Origin: Actinomycetota bacterium
Lineage (GTDB): Bacteria; Actinomycetota; UBA4738; HRBIN12
DNA: 64,000 nucleotides
Direction: 5' to 3'
Assembly (NCBI GenBank): GCA_046729855.1
Contig: JBKPHM010000047.1
Span: 88,125-152,124, forward strand
The position numbers and the translations under genes were made by a program. The notes under the pieces were generated by a model. That model made no database searches. It saw nothing but the letters and a program-made list of their open reading frames with translations, and was not told the origin of the DNA. Each line of letters opens with the position of its first letter. Within the stretch, counting starts at the first letter, position 1. Shown here one piece after another: positions 59,909-64,000 of the stretch.

Positions 59909-60197
59909 GTCTGCCTCGCGGGTCGGGGTTCGACGTGAAGCGGAGCTCGGACGCAGCCGCCCAAGCTCCGAGCAGCCCATCCTAGCAGGCGAGACGGAGC
60001 CACCCGACCTGCTGTTCGAAGCGACAGCTCCCGAAGAGGGGCCGAGAGCTTTCGGCCGTATCGCCATCCCGCCGGTCGCGACTTCCGGTGCGTCGCAAGC
60101 CGATCGCGGGCGGGTGTCTGACGCACAGCGAAGCTGTATAACTGACGTGTCCACGGATCGGTAGTCACATAGTCGGTCCGCAAGTCCAGGGGAAGAC

Positions 60198-60881
60198 ATG
60201 CGAGCGCCGAATCTCAGAGAGAGAGACATTCTTCCGCACGACCGGCTCGACGCCACGCGGTGGGGCTTTCGCCGCTGGCGCTCGCACAGTCTGTACAACC
60301 GGTGGCATTGGTGGCGCATCGATGCATCCGCGCGCCTGAAGCGACAATTCCGCAACGGGATCGCCGGCACGATCGCCTTCGTGGCGTTGCTTGTGGTCGA
60401 CGTGGTGCTCGTGATCGGGATCCTCGAGCTCGGCCGCGGGCCCGAGCTCGGCCCCGCGTCCGCCGGCGGGTCGGGGGACGTGCTCGGGGATCCCCTTGGG
60501 GGAACGCTCAAGGTCTCAGCATCTCTTCGGCCATTCGTTTGGCCGGCGCACGCGGCGCCGCACGATGGACGGGATCGCCCGGCTACCGACATGGACAATG
60601 CTGGGCCGGCCAACCGCTCTGCGGGCACGCTGACCGCGGACGCCCCGTCGGAGAGCAGCGGCTCCACAACCGGGATCAGTGCAGGATCCTCGACCGGTTC
60701 GACGGGCTCCGGGGACTCGGCCGGCTCGAGCTCGGGCGGTTCGACGAGCGGTGGCACCGGCGGTGATTCCGACGGCGGGACCGCCACGGGTGGCGGTGGC
60801 GGCGGTGGCGGCGGTGGCGGAGATACGAGTGGGACCGACACCGGTGGCGGTTCGGGCGGTGGGGGGGGTGGGGGCGGCTGA
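60198..60881 (+). CDS. Hypothetical membrane protein: Trp/Arg-rich N-terminus, one TM, Ser/Gly-rich region ending in poly-Gly
   Basis: The ATG follows GGGGAAG. WGFRRWRSHSLYNRWHWWRI, TM helix IAGTIAFVALLVVDVVLVIGIL, tail ...TATGGGGGGGGGGGDTSGTDTGGGSGGGGGGGG-stop. The 5' part has locally lower GC. Confidence 0.45.
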   Translation: MRAPNLRERDILPHDRLDATRWGFRRWRSHSLYNRWHWWRIDASARLKRQFRNGIAGTIAFVALLVVDVVLVIGILELGRGPELGPASAGGSGDVLGDPLGGTLKVSASLRPFVWPAHAAPHDGRDRPATDMDNAGPANRSAGTLTADAPSESSGSTTGISAGSSTGSTGSGDSAGSSSGGSTSGGTGGDSDGGTATGGGGGGGGGGGDTSGTDTGGGSGGGGGGGG

Positions 60882-60978
60882 CCCGCCGACGCCCTGCCGC
60901 TACCAGCCAGATGTTCGTGGTGAGCCCCTTGCTCGACGTCGACGCCCCGATCGGCGTGTACCGCCGAGCGCCTGCTCG

Positions 60979-62643
60979 ATGAGGCGCGTGCTGATCTCGG
61001 TGTGCGCTTCGGTGACGATGCTCGGCGGGCTCGTCGCGACGGCACCACGCGCCGTCGCGGATGCGCCCGAGGTCCTCCTCGGAAGATCTCGCTTGGGCGA
61101 GTACCAGCCAATCCAGTCCGGCGACGTGCTGGCTTGGCAACAAAACTCCGCGCAGACACCCCGCCACTACGACGTGTTCGCGCGCCCCACCGGCGGTGAG
61201 GTGTTCAAGGTGAACCCCGACGGCACGAACGCCGCGAACGGCGCCGTGGACGGAGACGTCCTCGTGTACCAGCAGTGGGCTGGGGGTCGCTCCGACGTCA
61301 AGTTCTTCGACCTGGGCACTCGATCTCGGACCTCGGCGCCCAGCGACGTCAACTCCGAACAATGGGAGTACTGGCCGAAGATGGACGGACAGTGGTTGCT
61401 CTTCGGCCGACTGAACACGAACACCCGGGCGCGTCAGATCATCCTGTACAACCTCGAGGCCCATACATCGACGAGACTCGATCAGGTCTCTTCCGCTGAC
61501 GGATTCATGGCGCCCGGTCAGGTCAACGGGAACTTCGCCGTGTGGTCGCGATGCCGGCGCGAGACATCATGCGACGTCCTCCGTTACGACATCGCGAGCG
61601 GTACGAGACGCGTGATCGGTGACGCCGGATCCGCGCAGTACGCGCCATCGGTGGCCCCCGACGGCACCGTCTTCTACGCACGTTCCCGAGGCGGATGCGG
61701 TCAGGCGGTTCGCCTCTACGGTCAACCGCCCACGGGGACGGCGACGAAGCTGTGGCGCCTTCCGAGCGGGGACAACGTCAGCAGCACGCACCTGTACGAG
61801 AACGCGGATGGCCGCCAGACGCTGCTCTACGATCACTACGCCTGCGGTCAGGCTGCATCCTCGGACATCTGGCAGATGATCGACCCTATGCACTTCGAAC
61901 TTGCCGTGACGTTGAACGGCAGCGGAACCGGCACCGTGACGAGCTCGCCCATCGGGATCGACTGCGGGTCGGACTGCAGCGGATCGTTCGACCCTGGGAC
62001 GGAGGTGACGCTCACGGCGCGCGCCGACGACGCATCGGCGTTCGCAGGGTGGGGTGGCGCGTGTTCGGGCCACAGGCCAACGTGCACGGTGACGATGAAC
62101 GCTTCTCTGTCCGTGACCGCGACGTTCTCGATCAAGCCCGTGCTCAGCGTGACGGTAATCGGTGGCGGGGTCGTCACGAGCTCACCGGCAGGCATCAACT
62201 GCGGTACCGATTGCAGCGAGGCGTACGGCACCGGAACGGATGTGACGCTGACCGCGACGGCGAGCGCGGGCTCTGCGTTCGTCGGTTGGAGCGGAGGCGG
62301 GTGCTCGGGGACCGGCACCACTTGCGTGGTCGACATGGATTCCTCGAAGTCGGTCACGGCCACGTTCGAGGACGTCTCCACGCTCGAGGTCGTCCTGGGC
62401 GGCGATGGGACCGGCACCGTGACCGGAACCGGGATCGCCTGCCCGCCGGACTGCACCGCGACGTACGACGCCGGGACGGCCGTCACCTTGACGGCGACGC
62501 CGACCGCACCCTCCACCTTCGTCGGGTGGAGCGGGGCATGCTCGGGGACCGGGTCGTGTCAGCTGACGATGGAGTCGGATCGCACGGTCACGGCGCTCTT
62601 CGACGATCCGACGGTGCCCTCGACGACGGCGCCGTCAGGGTAG
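60979..62643 (+). CDS. Secreted protein: TolB-like beta-propeller region plus three InlB B-repeat-type domains
   Basis: ATG at 60979. Signal peptide ends ...APRAVADA. The N-terminal half has propeller-like repeats. The C-terminal half has three ~78-aa Cys-containing repeats. Confidence 0.75.
   Translation: MRRVLISVCASVTMLGGLVATAPRAVADAPEVLLGRSRLGEYQPIQSGDVLAWQQNSAQTPRHYDVFARPTGGEVFKVNPDGTNAANGAVDGDVLVYQQWAGGRSDVKFFDLGTRSRTSAPSDVNSEQWEYWPKMDGQWLLFGRLNTNTRARQIILYNLEAHTSTRLDQVSSADGFMAPGQVNGNFAVWSRCRRETSCDVLRYDIASGTRRVIGDAGSAQYAPSVAPDGTVFYARSRGGCGQAVRLYGQPPTGTATKLWRLPSGDNVSSTHLYENADGRQTLLYDHYACGQAASSDIWQMIDPMHFELAVTLNGSGTGTVTSSPIGIDCGSDCSGSFDPGTEVTLTARADDASAFAGWGGACSGHRPTCTVTMNASLSVTATFSIKPVLSVTVIGGGVVTSSPAGINCGTDCSEAYGTGTDVTLTATASAGSAFVGWSGGGCSGTGTTCVVDMDSSKSVTATFEDVSTLEVVLGGDGTGTVTGTGIACPPDCTATYDAGTAVTLTATPTAPSTFVGWSGACSGTGSCQLTMESDRTVTALFDDPTVPSTTAPSG
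61894..62604 (+). repeat. Three tandem ~78-codon coding repeats (divergent InlB B-repeat pattern)
   Basis: The pattern G-GTVTSSP-GI-CG-DCS--Y--GT-VTLTA-A--GS-F-GW-G-CSG---C-V-M----SVTATF is repeated at about 61894-62130, 62131-62370 and 62371-62604. Confidence 0.7.
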
Positions 62644-62714
62644 AGAGAGGGTACCGGGGGAACTCGCGGATCGCTTGCCGTTCGGGCGCGCCGGTTTGCG
62701 AGGATAGCCGAACG

Positions 62715-63113
62715 ATGCGCCTCCTCCGCCGGACGCTCTACGCGATGGCCGCCGTCTGGGCTGGGACCGGGATCGCGCTGATCGCCGCCCCGCGCTGGGT
62801 CTTCGTCGACGTGTTCGCCCAGGTGCCGTATCCCGACTACGCGATGGTCCGGATCGCGGGCGTCTGCTCATTCGTGCTCGCGATGCTGATGACGATCACG
62901 GCGCAGCGCCTCGAGAACATGTGGGTGTTCTGCTGGGCGTTCGTGTTCGCGGAGGCCGGGATCGCCGTCGTCGCGCTGGCGAACGCGGTGTGGGGCCGGC
63001 CGGAGGGATCCGGTTCGCTCCTGTGGTGGTTGCTCGCGGCAAGCGGTGTGGGGTTCGCGGCGGCGCTGCTCGTCGGCCTCGCCAAGACAGGCACCGAGCG
63101 CCCGATCGTGTGA
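62715..63113 (+). CDS. Hypothetical 4-TM membrane protein
   Basis: ATG at 62715. 132 aa, four hydrophobic helices, coding-like GC3. Confidence 0.5.
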   Translation: MRLLRRTLYAMAAVWAGTGIALIAAPRWVFVDVFAQVPYPDYAMVRIAGVCSFVLAMLMTITAQRLENMWVFCWAFVFAEAGIAVVALANAVWGRPEGSGSLLWWLLAASGVGFAAALLVGLAKTGTERPIV

Positions 63114-63160
63114 CGCACGCACGTCACGCCCGAGGCCTCGGCGCTGCCGACGGATGAACG

Positions 63161-63189
63161 GGCCCCGGCCCCATCGCGAGGCCGGGGCC
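63161..63189. terminator. GC-rich hairpin between convergent genes (possible bidirectional terminator)
   Basis: GGCCCCGGCC (63161-63170) pairs perfectly with GGCCGGGGCC (63180-63189) across a 9-nt loop. There is no clear U-tract. Confidence 0.45.
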
Positions 63190-63203
63190 GGATACACACC
63201 CGT

Positions 63204-64000
63204 CTAGTGCATGTGTCCGTGGCCGCCGGCTCCGGCGGCGGCGGGCTCTTCCTCTTCGGGCTTCTCCACGACCGCGCTCTCGGTCGTGAGCACGAGCGCG
63301 GCGATCGACGCCGCGTTCTGCAGCGCCGAGCGAGTGACCTTGGCCGGGTCGATGATCCCAGCCTTGACCATGTCGACCCACTCGCCCTTCTGCGCATCGA
63401 AGCCCTGCGAGTCGCCCTGGGTGCGCAGTCGCTCGACGATCACGGCGCCCTCGAACCCGGCGTTGGCCGCGATCAGCCGCGCCGGCTCCGCGAGCGAGTC
63501 CAGCACGATCCTGGCCCCCGTCGCCTCGTCGCCCGTGAGGTCGAGCTTTCCGAGCGCCGCCTCCGCGCGGATCAGCGCGACGCCCCCGCCCGGGACGATG
63601 CCCTCCTCGATCGCGGCCCGCGTGGCCGACAGGGCATCCTCGATTCGGTGCTTCTTCTCCTTGAGCTCCACCTCGGTCGCGGCGCCGACCCGTACGATCG
63701 CGACGCCGCCCGCGAGCTTGGCCAGGCGCTCCTGGAGCTTCTCCCGGTCCCAGTCCGAGTCCGTCTTGTCGATCTCGGCTTTGATCTGGTTGATCCGGCC
63801 CTGCACCTCCTCGGCCGACCCCGCGCCCTCGACGATCGTGGTGTCGTCCTTCGTCACGACCACGCGCCGAGCCTTGCCGAGCAGGTCGAGCCCGACGTTC
63901 TCGAGCTTGAGGCCGACCTCCTCGGAGACGACCTGACTACCCGTAAGGATCGCCATGTCCTGGAGCATCGCCTTGCGTCGCTCACCGAACCCCGGCGCCT
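63204..64000 (-). CDS. groEL: Chaperonin GroEL, C-terminal part (5' end outside window)
   Basis: [27 protein letters not shown]-type [45 protein letters not shown]. The tail ends GAGGHGHMH. Confidence 0.93.
   Translation of the reverse strand, partial: APGFGERRKAMLQDMAILTGSQVVSEEVGLKLENVGLDLLGKARRVVVTKDDTTIVEGAGSAEEVQGRINQIKAEIDKTDSDWDREKLQERLAKLAGGVAIVRVGAATEVELKEKKHRIEDALSATRAAIEEGIVPGGGVALIRAEAALGKLDLTGDEATGARIVLDSLAEPARLIAANAGFEGAVIVERLRTQGDSQGFDAQKGEWVDMVKAGIIDPAKVTRSALQNAASIAALVLTTESAVVEKPEEEEPAAAGAGGHGHMH

Noticed and set aside
60780-60880. G-rich repeat tract as a CRISPR-like or minisatellite non-coding repeat
   Set aside because: There is no repeat-spacer periodicity. The tract is an in-frame GGT/GGC codon run inside a plausible ORF. 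It is treated as coding low-complexity, with the slippage potential noted.
59909-61159. Upper part of the 884-aa minus-strand ORF 58505..61159, including poly-Pro runs
   Set aside because: Family similarity of the NPP-like protein begins at ATG 59908. The upstream part is nonsense-like and crosses a non-coding region. The poly-Pro is just the reverse complement of the GGY tract, which is better explained by the plus-strand gene with a TM helix.

Overview
This is a very GC-rich bacterial chromosomal segment with a strong G/C bias at codon position 3. It looks actinobacterial in type: it carries a class E-like sortase, GuaB3, an NpdG-type F420 reductase, an acyl-CoA carboxylase epsilon subunit and DUF1918, and several -10 boxes sit directly in front of start codons. 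About 70 genes are densely packed, and many start and stop codons overlap by 1-4 nt (GTGA, ATGA, TTGA).

The content is mostly core metabolism:
- Acyl-CoA carboxylase parts: pccB plus epsilon subunit, and accA plus birA.
- A split methylmalonyl-CoA mutase.
- A TCA block: sdhCDAB, two IDH paralogs, mdh, citrate synthase and sucCD.
- Beta-oxidation-type enzymes.
- metF-folD-purH-purN, and guaB3-guaA.
- pcrA, a sortase, an M23 peptidase and the groEL 3' end.

I found no rRNA, tRNA, CRISPR array, transposase or integrase, prophage, or recognisable defence module. I cannot honestly name one clear-cut novel system. The loci most worth a second look are:
- An operon of two cysteine-less thiolase-fold proteins with two DUF35 modules and a VOC enzyme (18062-21938).
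- A glycosyltransferase island with an embedded sulfotransferase-like gene (7341-11422).
- A cysC gene translationally coupled to an NPP-type alkaline-phosphatase-superfamily enzyme (57873-59908).
- An untracked 53-codon Cys/His-tailed ORF (33420-33581).
- A poly-Gly-tailed membrane protein next to a secreted propeller/InlB-B-repeat protein (60198-62643).
- A Zn-ribbon/cyclase/STAND/TPR giant (14891-18037).
- Two gene remnants, one histidine kinase and one HAD.

All family calls come from motif recognition by eye; no searches were run. Many long ORFs in the track are antisense or out-of-frame artefacts of the GC content, and I ignored them.
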